DNA of 61,418 bases from Phoronis australis (Eukaryota; Animalia; Phoronida): NCBI GenBank assembly GCA_002633005.1, contig NMRA01001061.1, positions 1-61,418 on the forward strand, read 5' to 3'. Made by a program: the position numbers and the translations under genes. Positions 12,274 through 24,842 of the stretch are shown here, piece by piece; position 1 is the first letter of the stretch, and each line of letters opens with the position of its first letter. The notes below the pieces were generated by a model. That model searched no databases. It was not told the DNA's origin and worked only from the letters and a program-made list of their open reading frames with translations.

Positions 12274-13669
12274 GTGCCGCAATCACAAGCGAGTTAGCCT
12301 ATCTCTGGTCTGCGACTTCATGGACGATTGCGAAGATGGGTCAGATGAAGCCGACTGTTTCTATCCTCCATGTCCATTAGATACGTTCAGGTGCTTGTCA
12401 GGCCAGTGCATAGCAAAAGATCGAAAATGCGATTTCAAAAAACAATGTACCGATGGATCAGACGAATCCGAAGCAGTCTGTAACTGGCGACAAAATTGTT
12501 CATATTTGAATGGCTTTCAGTGCTATAGCGGCGCTTGTATCGACAAACACAACAGGAGAAACATGAAACCAGATTGCGTAGGGTACCACCAAGAAGACGA
12601 AACATATCTAGACGATGGTAAAGTTTTGGCACATTATGACCACTTATTTGTAGTATGCCGTACATCCTCTACGGAATCCAGATGTAGACGTTATCATTCA
12701 GCATGTTTTGAACGAAGCCACGCTTGTCTATACGATAAAACTAATTCAGACATAGGTTGTAGTGACAGTAGCCATCTTCTTAACTGCGTGAACATCCAAT
12801 GTCCTGGACTGTTCAAATGTCCCGGTAGTTACTGCGTTCCTCGCCACGCTGTATGCGACGGATCGTGGGACTGCGTAGACGGTTACGATGAACTTGACTG
12901 TCACAACTACTCTTGTCCAACAAAATATCGTTGTCGTGGAGAAGTGAAGTGTATTGACCAAGATAAAGTGTGTGATGGTATAATGGATTGTTTGAAAGGA
13001 GATGACGAGAAGTTGTGCGATCTAAATATAACTTGCCCGCACTCGTGTCATTGCATCGGATACGTTTTGGACTGTAGGAACGGTAACCTTCATTTTTTAC
13101 CTGACGGTTCAAATCTCATGCGGGGCATTGTGTTTGCTAGCAACTTCATTAAGTTAACTAACGAAACCTTCTCAAAGCATTATATGCTCCACATGCTAGA
13201 CCTGTCATTTAACAGGATAACTTCCATTCCTGAGCGCTTATTTGAAGATCTGACTAACTTATTACACTTAAATCTTTGCGGTAATCGTTTAACTGAAATT
13301 GTGTTCCCGATTTTCAAAGGTTTGCGTTTAATCTATTTAAACATTTCGTTTAACGACATCCGTGTCATCAGTGCCAATGGATTCAGTGGCTTGCGCAATC
13401 GAATGGCTATTGACATGCGACATAATGACAAATTTCTAGAAGTTGATCAGGAAACATTTGACGGAATCAATATCACAAAACTTGAAGGGGACAGCTTCAG
13501 ATTTTGTTGTTTGTTACAAAATAGGTTACAAGAAGCTGCGGTAAAGGGTCAAAACGTTGCCTGTAGTCCTGAGAAAGATCCATTTTCATCATGTTCTGAC
13601 TTGATGCCCAATCACTTTCTACGAGCGGCGTTGTGGGTGCTTGGATTACTTGCCTTATTTGGGAACCTA
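12274..13669 (+). CDS. GRL101-like: Receptor copy A, exon 2 5' part: LDLa modules, LRRNT, LRRs, hinge, most of TM1; interrupted by a transposon
   Basis: LDLa repeats (CDGSWDCVDGYDE, CDGIMDCLKGDDE), CPHSCHC LRRNT, LDLSFNRI and LNLCGNRL LRRs, hinge FRFCC...DPFSSCSDLM, TM1 LRAALWVLGLLALFGNL. Homology to copy B stops abruptly at 13669. Confidence 0.9.
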
Positions 13670-13736
13670 CAGCACACATCACGAATTTTTGGCCGACCGG
13701 TCGGAAATTGGTCGACGGCCGGCCGTCGACCGGTCG
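13670..13736 (+). repeat. Left TIR of the 4.3-kb element
   Basis: CAGCACACATCACGAATTTTTGGCCGACCGGTCGGAAATTGGTCGACGGCCGGCCGTCGACCGGTCG, followed by clustered GCCGAC subterminal motifs to about 13871. Confidence 0.92.
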
Positions 13737-16700
13737 GCAAATTTGCCGACCCGTCGGCTAAAAATTAGCCGACCGGCAGCCGCCCGCAGTGCCGACTCAT
13801 AAGGCGACTCCCCAGCCGACCCTTCAGCCGACCCTTCAGCCGACCGGCCATCAGCCGACCAACTGGTCGGCTGCTATTTTTAGGCTACAGTAGCAGTTGC
13901 GTAATAGGTTGTCAGGCTGATACCACTATGCGTGTCGATGCATATTCGTTCTAGCACAGGGTCAAATAAATTAACCTAGTTCCACTGTCTCCGTTGCATG
14001 AGTTTACATCGGTTGTGTAACACCAATAATTCGAAGGTTGAAGGCCAGCGGTAATATTATTGAATTATGGACGGTGCTACAAGTTTTGGTTAAAAGACGT
14101 GAATGTTTTCTTTACATTTGACCTTTAATTTCAATCGTGACGTTAACAAGCTGCATTAGATTGGCTGCTTCCTGGTCAATACAACTCTGTAGTCATTTTG
14201 TAAACGCAGCTATTTTTGACACTCTTCGCCCACAATTGTTTTTTGTTTGTGATACGCAGTACTGCATCTTTTTGCGTTTTTAAAATTCTCCACGGTACTC
14301 CTATCACGTGCCCATGATGATGGGATAGTGATTGAGTTGTTACACCGCGAAGAGCTCTCACTCCGGGGTTTTTATTTTCATATGATTAACCCTTGCCGTA
14401 CAGAAGCAAACTTCACGGTCCAGAATGCCCTAAGCCCACGGACTTCGATGACTCTAACTTCATCATAGGGTTACGATTTCCACGAACTTGGACAGTGACA
14501 TCAAACACGGAATAGCCACTGTTGAGGCTACAACCAATTCTAGCTTTGCGCATTCCGTTTTTAGGGCATCGGTGACGTTAAAATCAGCGCTAGTTACATG
14601 TATCAGTTCTTCGTTCACGTTGTTCCAAAAATAAATATTTTCTGTCAACAACATATTGACAAATTATGTATAATAAAACAATTCTGAACGGGAAGATGTG
14701 AATACGTGGTGAAAAGGTATTTGTCTCAACAAGGCATATGTGCGTTAATTTTTTTAAAGCGATTGCGATGTCGAAAAAATGATAGAAAATAAACCAAGGT
14801 GCAGAATAACTCTTCTGTGCTCGGCTGTAAGAAGACCTACAACAACTTTTTGAAACTGCGCTCAATTAAAAAAATTCCAGTATGAGAGCGCTTCATAAGA
14901 AATGCCAAGCACATACCGCGTTAAAAGACAGCGACGTTGGCGTTTCCGGATGTCCACAAAAGTGCTTTGAGTAGAGTGTACAAATCTGTTCATTTCGCTT
15001 TTCTACACTGACGAATACGCCCAACACGGTGTTTGAAAAAAGTCCACTTTTGAGGGCGTTTTCAAAAATTAATATGATGTTTAGTTGATTCATTCAGTTC
15101 AGAGTGTCGGTGCCCATTTCTTACATCAAATGTACGCGTGGGCAGAAAACGCATCTGCGTAAAGAAAGAGATGCGTTTTCAAAACTTTCAGAGCCGTGTG
15201 TTGTCAGGACCCTACATTAATAAACATTAGGCCAAGTACAACGCACGTCTTCAAAATTTAGATAAACAAAGTTTACGGCAAACTGATTACAGGGTCACTG
15301 ACTCGGAGCACGTTCTTAGGCATACGTATATTGTAATATCGGTTGAATTATACGTTATAACTGCGAATAGCACGTACGCGAACAATAAGCCATTCACATT
15401 TATATCTGATCACAACTCTCCCCCTGCTTTGAAAACAAACAATCGTGTAGATAATATTCGGAAATAACCTGAACTAAAATGATAGGACAAACACTACATA
15501 CCATACTCCAGATTCTACATTCGAAGACCGCTTTTGTGATGAAGAAACTCCCAACAGAAGAAGTTTATAATGACATGTCAATAAATATAACTTTTATGAG
15601 TAGTTATGACTATGAAAAATGAGTAGTTGTGGCTTCTTTTGAAATAGTGTATCGTTTGTAGATGCCTGGTGTAGGTGGCTCAGTGTGATGTTATGTAAGC
15701 CTTATTATCCCCTAAGGCTCAACAACTATCTAATGTCGTTCTGGCATGTAATAGAGGTACTCCCATGATCATCAAGCAATTGTCTGTTTGTATTCTAATC
15801 GGGTGTGCTTCGAATGTACAATTAGCAATCATACTTTTGCAGTGGTTCATAACAAACTGATTCATTAAACCCGGTAAATATTTTTTCAACTACCTAGTAT
15901 CTTCATATTAGGCATGCATATTACTTCATACCTCATCACAGTAAAACTTGTTATCAATCACACTACAAACAATTATTTTTATCATTGCCACCAGACGTTA
16001 ACAAAAGCGGTCAGTGTCTGTAACTGTAGTGTCTACATTGCTGATCAATAAATATCGGTCATAATTAATTTTTAGTACACTGATTCATGCCAATGGTTTG
16101 AAATCGCGTCCCTTAAGATTTTTGACTTGCATTGGTGATCACTAGAATCGATGCAATAAACTTACAGTATACAAGTTGTTTTTTAACCTGTGTCATAGAA
16201 CTGAAAATTGTGTGCGCTTTCGTTTGCCAGTGTTCTTTTTGAATCACTGGGTTAGTCATTTTTACGTTCTACATGAAAACGCAAACTACCTTCTTTAGGA
16301 TTACATGCTACGAGTTACCCCGAAAACATTATTTTCAAAGTTTTACCGCCTTGGAGAAGACGCGAAACTCTAAGTATTGTGTTCTTACTCGAAAGGGCTC
16401 GGCCTTGGTGCGAAGCTGTTTACTAAAATAATATACAACTTTGCGCCGTTTTGGGTAAAACTTACAGAAAGTAATTTTCGTTGAGTAATCCAAATTACTT
16501 ACCGGCGTTGCAAAAATTGCTTTTCTACAATTATTCTCCTCCTAAAATTGTGGTGTGATCTTTTGTATCGACTTTCGGCGCAATGAAATATTGCGTCACT
16601 TATTATTTCTTTTTCCCAGATTCTTCAATCAAACGTTCTCCCTCGAGGTTGCGTAAACGTCACAACAAATGATCAGAATTGGTTTCCTTTCATTATGTGT

Positions 16701-17945
16701 TTATGGAATTTGATATCTGTAAACCGAATTTTAGAACAAATTTTGCTGCGATGTTGTCATCATCTGATGGGAGATGTCGAAAAACTTCTGAAAGTGGCGC
16801 GTGTCACTAATGTACTACTTTCAAAACGACGACATACATTCTTCGTTACCAATGCAGAGAATTACGCACGAAAATGACGTCGGATATTTTTCGCTTAAAC
16901 GGCAGTAACGGACAAGGTGAATGTTAATTGATTTTGCATGCAACCCCGCCGGTTATTAGCTCATGTTGATGCAAGCTTCACGACGAGGTGATGAGCGTAA
17001 CTATTCGGGCTGTGTGCAATTTCGATGTATGTCAGTGCTCACTACACAGTGGCATCTTGTTGTATTTTGACTATAGTCTTCTTAGAGCTAGCTGGCTAGA
17101 TAGGAAGGTTCGAGCTTCGAAACAATTTTTTACTCCGAAAGTGACAACAAATTCAGAATAATGATGGATCATGGATGAAAATATAAGCGATCGCATTCTT
17201 CCGTTTTCATGCGCCCATGATCTTAATCTTGGAGTCAGCGCTATGTTAAAACCATTGTTTATGTTGTTCTTAAAATAAACTTTTGTTCTAATGCTGTACT
17301 GACATATTAAGAAATTATACAAAAATAAACAAAAATTATCTGTGGTAAAGCGCATTATACAGCGTGATGAAGTGATGATCAAGAGCAATAACAGATGAGC
17401 GCGAATAAGTGCTGCGTGTTAAGCATTCCGCGGCATGATAACACTTGAGGTCGTAAAACAGCCAGCGTTGTATTCTGAAATTTGGCAATTTTACTGTAAA
17501 ATTTCAAATTTCTTTCTTGTTTTTATGCATAATATACTGTATAAAAAGTATCATACTAAGAGACAGAAATTATGCTTCCGCGGTATCACTTAACGTTTGA
17601 TTTTATCACGCCGTCAGTAATTCAACATAAAATTTATGTTGGTGTAATGTCACATATTTGTAGGTTGAGTCGATTTTAACACCTTTCAATAGTTGAACAT
17701 AAGTTGATAAACCGATGTCAAGACCGGAGTTGCCGCTGCTGAACGAACAGCGAACTGTTCAATGTTTGTTTGGCCAAAGTTCACCCGCTAAGTCATAAAA
17801 TGGTAATTGCCGACCAAGGACACGCTTAATCCGAATTGGTCGTCTACGCTAGGCGACCATTTAGCCGACCCAAGTGCCGACCACAGAGGCGACTCAGCAG
17901 ACGGCTCCTAGCCGACCGTTGTTGGTCGGCTGCTGGTCGGCTAGA

Positions 17946-18012
17946 CGACCGGTCGACGGCCGGTCGTCGACCAATTTCCGACCGGTCGGCCAAAAATTCG
18001 TGATGTGTGCTG
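17946..18012 (-). repeat. Right TIR of the 4.3-kb element
   Basis: Reverse complement of 13670-13736 with one mismatch, preceded by GCCGAC/GTCGGC motifs from about 17809. Confidence 0.92.
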
Positions 18013-18014
18013 TA

Positions 18015-18911
18015 GGCGTCTGCATATGGAGAATTAGAACGTCCTCAAAATCTGTCAGTTCCGTCCTCGTTGTAATATTGGCATTTTCTGATTTTTTGAC
18101 TGGAGTTTACATGTTAATTATAGCTGTTGCCGATTCTTATTATTTAATGCGAGGACAATATTTTCTTTACGATCCAGCATGGCGCAACAGTCTTGTTTGT
18201 CAAATAGCCGGGTATTTGGCTTTTTTCTCCAGTGAAATGTCTGTGTCGACGATGTTGGTCATTACTATTGATCGATTGTTATCGTTAATCTTTACTTTCA
18301 AAGTTCCGCCTTTAAGCGTTCGCCAGGCATTCATCATTATGATCACGTTTGCTGTCATTTGGGCAACCATGGCGGCACTTCCGCTAACACATCTGGGATA
18401 TTTCGGCAACGGGAATTATTTTTATGGAGCCACGTCAATGTGTTTACCATTCACCTTGACTTCAGCAAGCGACTTTACATGGTTCAAGTTAGCTATATTT
18501 GTTGTATTCAATTTCGGTGCCTTTGTGTTTATTGCCGTTAGCTATTTGGCGATATTTATACGCGTCAAAAGTAGCAGGATATCTTCTGGTCAGAATGCCA
18601 ATGACAAAGAGATAAAGCTAGCTAAGAAGGTCAGCATTTTGGTTATGACTGATTTCTGTTGTTGGATGCCGATGGTGATCGCTGGTATCATGGCCGCTTT
18701 AGGTGTAGATATATCTCCGGAATTTGTTGCCTGGATGGCTGCTATCATACTCCCCGTAAACGCAGCATTTAATCCTTATCTATATACTCTTTCGTCTCTC
18801 AGTTGCAGAAAGAAACGGTCGAAATTGGTGACCTCTCCTTCAGAATTGAGCGGTATTGGTAGCTCTCACCAAGAAGTGAGTACTATTAGCACCTGTCAGT
18901 CAAGACTGTAG
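18015..18911 (+). CDS. GRL101-like: Receptor copy A, exon 2 3' part: end of TM1 to TM7 and C-tail, separated from the rest by the transposon
   Basis: LGR-type 7TM motifs LAFSDFLTGVY, WRNSLVCQIAG, SEMSV...ITIDR, CLPF, TDFCCWMP, ILPVNAAFNPYLYT. Near-identical to the copy B 7TM. Confidence 0.9.
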   Translation, partial: GVCIWRIRTSSKSVSSVLVVILAFSDFLTGVYMLIIAVADSYYLMRGQYFLYDPAWRNSLVCQIAGYLAFFSSEMSVSTMLVITIDRLLSLIFTFKVPPLSVRQAFIIMITFAVIWATMAALPLTHLGYFGNGNYFYGATSMCLPFTLTSASDFTWFKLAIFVVFNFGAFVFIAVSYLAIFIRVKSSRISSGQNANDKEIKLAKKVSILVMTDFCCWMPMVIAGIMAALGVDISPEFVAWMAAIILPVNAAFNPYLYTLSSLSCRKKRSKLVTSPSELSGIGSSHQEVSTISTCQSRL

Positions 18912-21442
18912 TAATACAATAGTCTCGGATTCAGAATAGATGAGCTGCAAATAGGTCTCGGGCTGTAGCCTAGTCATTTTGTTCTGTGACAATGCCACTG
19001 GGGTAGCTTCGTTGAAGTTGAAAAATCACGCACTTCTAGTTGCGCATTTTTTGTAGAAAGGCAGGTGATCATTATCGCATATTATAACCTGAAATAGCAA
19101 GAGGTGGCACTTTGTGCTGCGCGTTTTGCCACTCACAAACTTTCAAAGGTGTTTCTTATCTCAACGGACAATGGGCCATTGGTCACTTGGTGTGGCATGA
19201 GAAAGTTTAATAACGTTTTGTGCATATACTGTTCTAGTGTTCAAATTAAACCAATCGATGTGATTGTTATTTTGCTAAACCTATATGTCGTCTTCCCACG
19301 TTAGTGAAGAGGTCTGCTTTCGTGATCGGTATAACTGAATTTGGATGTCTTATGGCTGCACACTTATGTCACAAGAATTGCCTTCCAGGGATCGTGAGCA
19401 CCGAACTTGACTTTTGCCTAAATTGATTAATGTCGTCTTATATTTCACACAATTCAATATTAGATTCCATTTAATATTACTTTGGTAATCATCTGACTTG
19501 ATGCTAGAGGATTATGAAGGTGTGCATGATGATGTATTTTGTCATCTCAAAACGATTGCAAACTTGAAAAGTAGCCGTAGGTGCGCTGTCCTGATTTTCC
19601 CTTGTTTATGGCGGGAGTGTATTTATAAACTCAGAGAGATGGAGCTATATTTGACTTCCTTTTTCCTAGCAGAAAACGGTTCTTACCGTGTAAAATAATT
19701 GAGCGATCACATGAGTCTTATTTAAAGCAGTCAATAAGTGATGACGAGTTCAATCCTCTTGATTTCATTAGCTTACGTACAGTCGTCTTAATTCGTTAGA
19801 TTTCATCTACGGCGCTGCTATCGATTTTAAAACACGCTGGCTGCACTTTGTTTTCATAATAATCTTTATTTTGCCTTTAAGAATACACGATGTTTTGTGT
19901 CCCATTTTTCCAAATTGATGCTCTCCAGGTACTCTAATGCGGAAAGGCTTAATAATTAAAAGGCTGTAAAGAGTGACAGTTGATTCAAACAGCGGGTTTT
20001 CCCTTCCATTCTCGAGTCAACAATGGTTTTACGATGCCACAAAACAGTATAAGAGAGACAGTTGGTTCCTTTTTCGGGGTCTTTTAATAACTAGACCAAT
20101 ATTAGAAGTCGATAATTATCGGAACCATGACCTGGTCTATTCCAAAAGCCGATGTGTATATGAAACCGTCTATAATTTCAAAAATGTGGACTCCCGGAAA
20201 ATTGCACATTAAAATATGAATCAATTTGAAGGTTGAGAGAATGAAAGCGCGTACACGATTCATACTAAACATTTTTAAAATTGGAGGCTCACTAACAAAC
20301 ATGCGCTGACCATGGCAACTGTAGGGTGAATCCAGAACGGGTAGTTGACTAATCATCTCTAGATTTTCCAGTGTTCTACAACTTTTGCTCTGACTTTCTT
20401 TCTTGGTTCTCATTGCCCTGTCCCAAGCGTGTAGTGGTCGCAACAGACGTTTCAGCACTACGCTTATAAAATCATGGAGGTCCCGTACATTGCCGTATCT
20501 CCCGCTTCCTATATCTCTGATTAGTGGGAGGCGCTCGTTCCCCAACTCCTTACATTTTTGACACCATTGTAGATGGAATCTCTCGAAGAGACAATGGCCC
20601 GGTTTTCCTATTTGTCTGCAGAAATCTTCTTCTGTCGGATAAAGCAAAAGTTTAGTATCCATGAAGTTTGTGTAGTTATAATAACCTGGTTCATATTTTA
20701 GTAGATGTAAGGCGTACATGTCCGTTTAAGTTATCATTGGATGTGATAAACGACGCATTGGTGTCTGCATACGCGGGCAAGTTTGCCCAAGCGCTTACAT
20801 GCGAAGTTGAGCATATGAACCCCGTATTCAATTTTTTGATCAAAATGAAGGAGATACTTGTAACTTGGCTTTTGAAATATTTTGGGTTTTCCCGTTACAT
20901 TAGTTTTTTGCCTGTCGAAATTAAGTGGCAACTGACAATAGAACGTGGAAAACGCAAAAATAAGCTTAAAGAGTTCATTTCTCCCTCTTGGAAAGTAATA
21001 ATCTGTACGGGAAACATTTTTGGTGTGTCGCCTTTCTTCGACTGTAATGAACGCAGAGCCTAAACGCACTCGCATGCAGTACGCAGACTTTTTTGTAGTG
21101 ATTCTTTTGTTGATGTCATACTATTCTAATCGGAAATGTCATAATTGGACGTGTAACCAACTTGGATGTCAAGTATACGTGTGTGTTTTTCCGTGTACTT
21201 TTGTTCTAGGAGACTGTTGAAAAATTTGCCGTCCTAAATGATATTCAAGGAATTTAAGTAGTGAAAATGAGAAACAATCGGTGTGAGCATATTTCACACG
21301 TGAGGAGGAGAGTGTGGTGTATTACTAAAGACTTGTATGGGTAGGTTTGAAAACGACCCCTACGAAAATGATTGTTCTTGTTAACTGTTGTAAGAATAAA
21401 CCAGTGTTATTGGTTGTTTTTGGGGTTTTGTGTAATACAGTG
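18912..21442 (+). repeat. 3' flank of copy A, paralogous to the 3' flank of copy B
   Basis: Shared blocks in the same order, e.g. ATTCGTTAGATTTCATCTACGGCG, TTAGTGGGAGGCGCTCGTTCCCCAA, ATAAACGACGCATTGGT, ATTCTAATCGGAAATGTCATAATTGGAC. Confidence 0.85.
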
Positions 21443-24400
21443 GTATCATTGAAGACTGTTTTCTTTCTTTCTGCCACGTCAAAAAGCTGGTATAACTTTT
21501 AGTGAAATGTCACGTTTCAGGGAGGTGCAGGTTTGTCGCCTGAGTTGTATCCAAGAACACACTCACCTAGGTACATGGCTTGTATAAATTCTAGTTAATT
21601 ACATTAAATGATTCACTGCCAACGGTAGACTCTAAATTCTCAAGGTGGCGCAAGTGCCACAACGGCCAGCCTACTTGCATAAATTGCTGGATTCAGGTAG
21701 TCACGTGGGACCATTAGCTCACAGGCGCCCCCTGGTGAAGAGCTGTTGTCTGCTATCAGTCTATTCAGTTTGAAAACGAAGAAACTTACACTGTATTAGA
21801 ATCACGCGGTAAATATACCCAAAATGGGGAAAAGAACATAACTACGTGTTATCTGTAAAATTCCTTAAAATACCTTAGAATGCACGGCAAGCGCTGAAAG
21901 AACATGGTTTTAGTAAACCTGCAACCACGTCTCAGAAAGAAGTGGTTAGCTCTGTCTTCTGTGGACGTATTGGTATAATATTAAATGACCATTCAGTAGA
22001 CTGAAGTGTTTAATTTCTGTTCCACTCAAATCGACTGAAGTTAGACTTAGACAGTCTTCCTCTTTCACTCAATTTCTAAGGTGCACATTACGAAGCAGAT
22101 CAGTAACTTCTAAAAGCAGAAAATTAATTTAAAAAGTATTCAACTATACTATAGTTGGCCAAAACAATCAACATTGAACAGTTACAAGTCAACGGAATGC
22201 GAGATTTCAATGACATGCGAACTCTCAGTGGCATGTGAACTTTCAATTACCTTTCTTGTTATATGGCAAGAGTTATTCGCCATCGTACTCAGGGGTACTT
22301 CGAGACAAGCTGTGACATTCAAGGTCGAGATTTTCCAGTTAATGGTGTAAGTGCGAATCAAATGCACCTTTACCGTTTTGAGTCGAGGCTTTTTTGAAAT
22401 AATGGACTACTTACAATCACCAAATGTTGGTTTATTTTAATACGCTTTTTTTGAATAGAAAACAACATTAGATGTCAAAACTACACTGTAAAATTATTTC
22501 CAAGTCTCGTGATTGGATTCCGTGCCTCGTTTTGAAAGGTAAATTTAGCAGCGTAAAATCAGTCAAAATAAGTCACTTTCATCCAATAGTGAGTGATTTC
22601 ACAAAGTCATATCCTTATTTGTCGACCAATAAGCGGTTACAATTTTACGTATTTCCTTGTTTGTAAGCTAATGAGTACTTTTACAAAGAGGCGTATCAGT
22701 TACGCAGAAAATAAATCTGAAACTAAACGAAGTGATCCAGATCCCTTGAAGTACACTGTTGTTCGACAGAAAGTAGAATATATATGAGTTTGAAACTAAA
22801 AAATACATACTTCCGAACTCCATTCTTCTCTGATTAAATGCATTGAGCAGAGGGTAGCTGCATATATTTAAATGCCAGCATACGGGCGCGTTATTCAGCG
22901 GATTATCCGAATGCTTCACCGATTCAAATACATGCAGTGGTGTTCGTTTTTAACGAAAATTAGTGGTAAATGCACTTTGAAAATTCGCCATTATGTACAG
23001 TCAGAGATGTTTAATACAGTTTATGGTCAGGCAATTACACTTAATTGGGTCTTGATCGCATCGGGCAATGCGGTCATCACAACTGTACCTGACTCCGGCG
23101 CGCGCTCTCTTTGATCCTGGTAAAAGCCGCTCAGAAGGACGAGCGGTGAAAATTCGGCCATATCTTTAGAAATGCGTGACTTCCATTTAACCGTATTATT
23201 CACGGTGTGGAGACCACTACACCGGACATTTTGAAAAGATCCTAGTAAGGACAAAAGTCAACATTCAAACTAATTTATTATTGTATTGAGATATTACTTA
23301 CTCTCGTTGCGTGACCAGCTACGGCGGCCGCACAGTGGAAGAGAATAGTATGCCGTACATGTTGTAACGAAGAGGACTGTCGCTCGTTACACAGTAGTAT
23401 GTGAGCGGTTGCTTGCACAAAAGTAAGCCGTTACAATCCGTTTTAGTGTTTAAAAAAAGTTGTTATTTGATAAGGTTACCCCTACATAAATGGTTCCCGC
23501 AGTTTACGTCATTGGATCAGCCCGTAGTTGAGTAAACGGAAATTGCCTGGTCTGGTATTGGAATTGCATGTGAGATATAACTTCAGACTTGAACAACAAA
23601 GTATAAACCATCATTTATTGCATGAAATTTAGTTGTAAAGTGGACAAGAAGTTCAACCTAAAAACATTCAATTAAAATTAAACTCAAAATAGGAAAGACT
23701 AAGTAGTAGCCTACAGTAAATCATCATGAAAAATATCACAAGTAGCAGTTGATTATGGACGCAGCCATCTTGAAATACTGATTACACTCAAAAACTACAT
23801 CTATCGGAAACTTAAGTAATTAATTTTTAAAGCGCATGGTCGGAATTGAAAATGTATACAGGAATGCATCCCTATACTTCAAAATGACCTGGGCTACATA
23901 CGGGTACTTCACATCTAATTATTATAAGAACGCTATCGCCCTCTAAAAAGATGCAAAAGTAATAATGAGTCTACACAATAGATGGCGCAACATGTCAGCA
24001 GAAAATCATTAAGAAATAATATCAAAGACCAGATAACTAATACTTATCAATTTCTCAACGAAACAGATCATCAAAAACAAATCAGGTTTAAATTGCGTTA
24101 AAAGAGTTCACCCACAATAAGATAATTAATGAGTTTAATCATTCTCTTTCCGGCCACTCATTTTAATAAAACAAATATACCTTTTAAACTACCAAGTCCA
24201 CATATACGTGTATGCAGTCTGGTCAGAATTGAATATTCTAAAAAGTTACTAAAAGCAAAGAAGGTGCGAAGTGATAGATAGTTACTACATTTCATTAATT
24301 CAATACGAGGTGTTTGCGTCCGCAATCGTAACGTGGAAACATGTGTGTTCCTTCAGAGATTTTTCTAGTGTTGCGGGCTACAGTCTAGAGCAGATTTGAA

Positions 24401-24842
24401 CTTAATCTTCAGTTAATTAAGACTCCACAAGAACTTAAAAATCTTGGAGACGCCATTTGGAAAAACTTAAGAAGGATTTCAGGTAATTTTTTGAGTCGCA
24501 ACTGTATTCTTATTCAAGAATTTAAGTTGCCCTATCGACGATTGCGAGACCTGTAGCTACGCATCTGTTGGTGAGATTTCGCCCTGAGATTTCAGCACAA
24601 TTTTCTGAAAAACGATTGTAATTTAACAACGAATTTGATAGCAATGCACCACAATTTTGTAGAAAGTAAATAATAATATTCTGGACTTTGCCTTAGCACG
24701 TTAATGTATAGTGTGCGACAGAACAGGTGATTGTGCAGAAGCATTATCCACAAAATTGCTCACGATGGCTTGGTTCTGGTCAAGCGAAAACAAGTTTTTT
24801 TTCTACCCTCCGCCGTGGAGTATTTGTTGTAATTTCTTTCAC

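Larger units (their letters stand above)
13670..18012. mobile_element. 4343-bp TIR DNA transposon, apparently non-autonomous, inserted in TM1 of copy A with a TA target-site duplication
   Basis: 67-bp terminal inverted repeats with 1 mismatch and TA on both sides (13668-13669, 18013-18014). Removing the element plus one TA restores GGG AAC CTA GGC GTC TGC ATA TGG (GNLGVCIW), collinear with copy B GNLSVSIW. No internal ORF above about 105 aa. Confidence 0.93.

Noticed and set aside
17874-18002. N-terminal 43 aa of the 345-aa ORF as a genuine receptor N-terminus
   Set aside because: It is transposon terminal sequence read from a GTG.
13670-18015. Idea that the transposon is spliced out as an introner, restoring copy A
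   Set aside because: The right end offers TGTAG, but the left end starts CAGC with no donor. The nearest frame-compatible GT (C|GTCGAC) is weak and would leave extra residues in TM1. RNA-seq could still test it.
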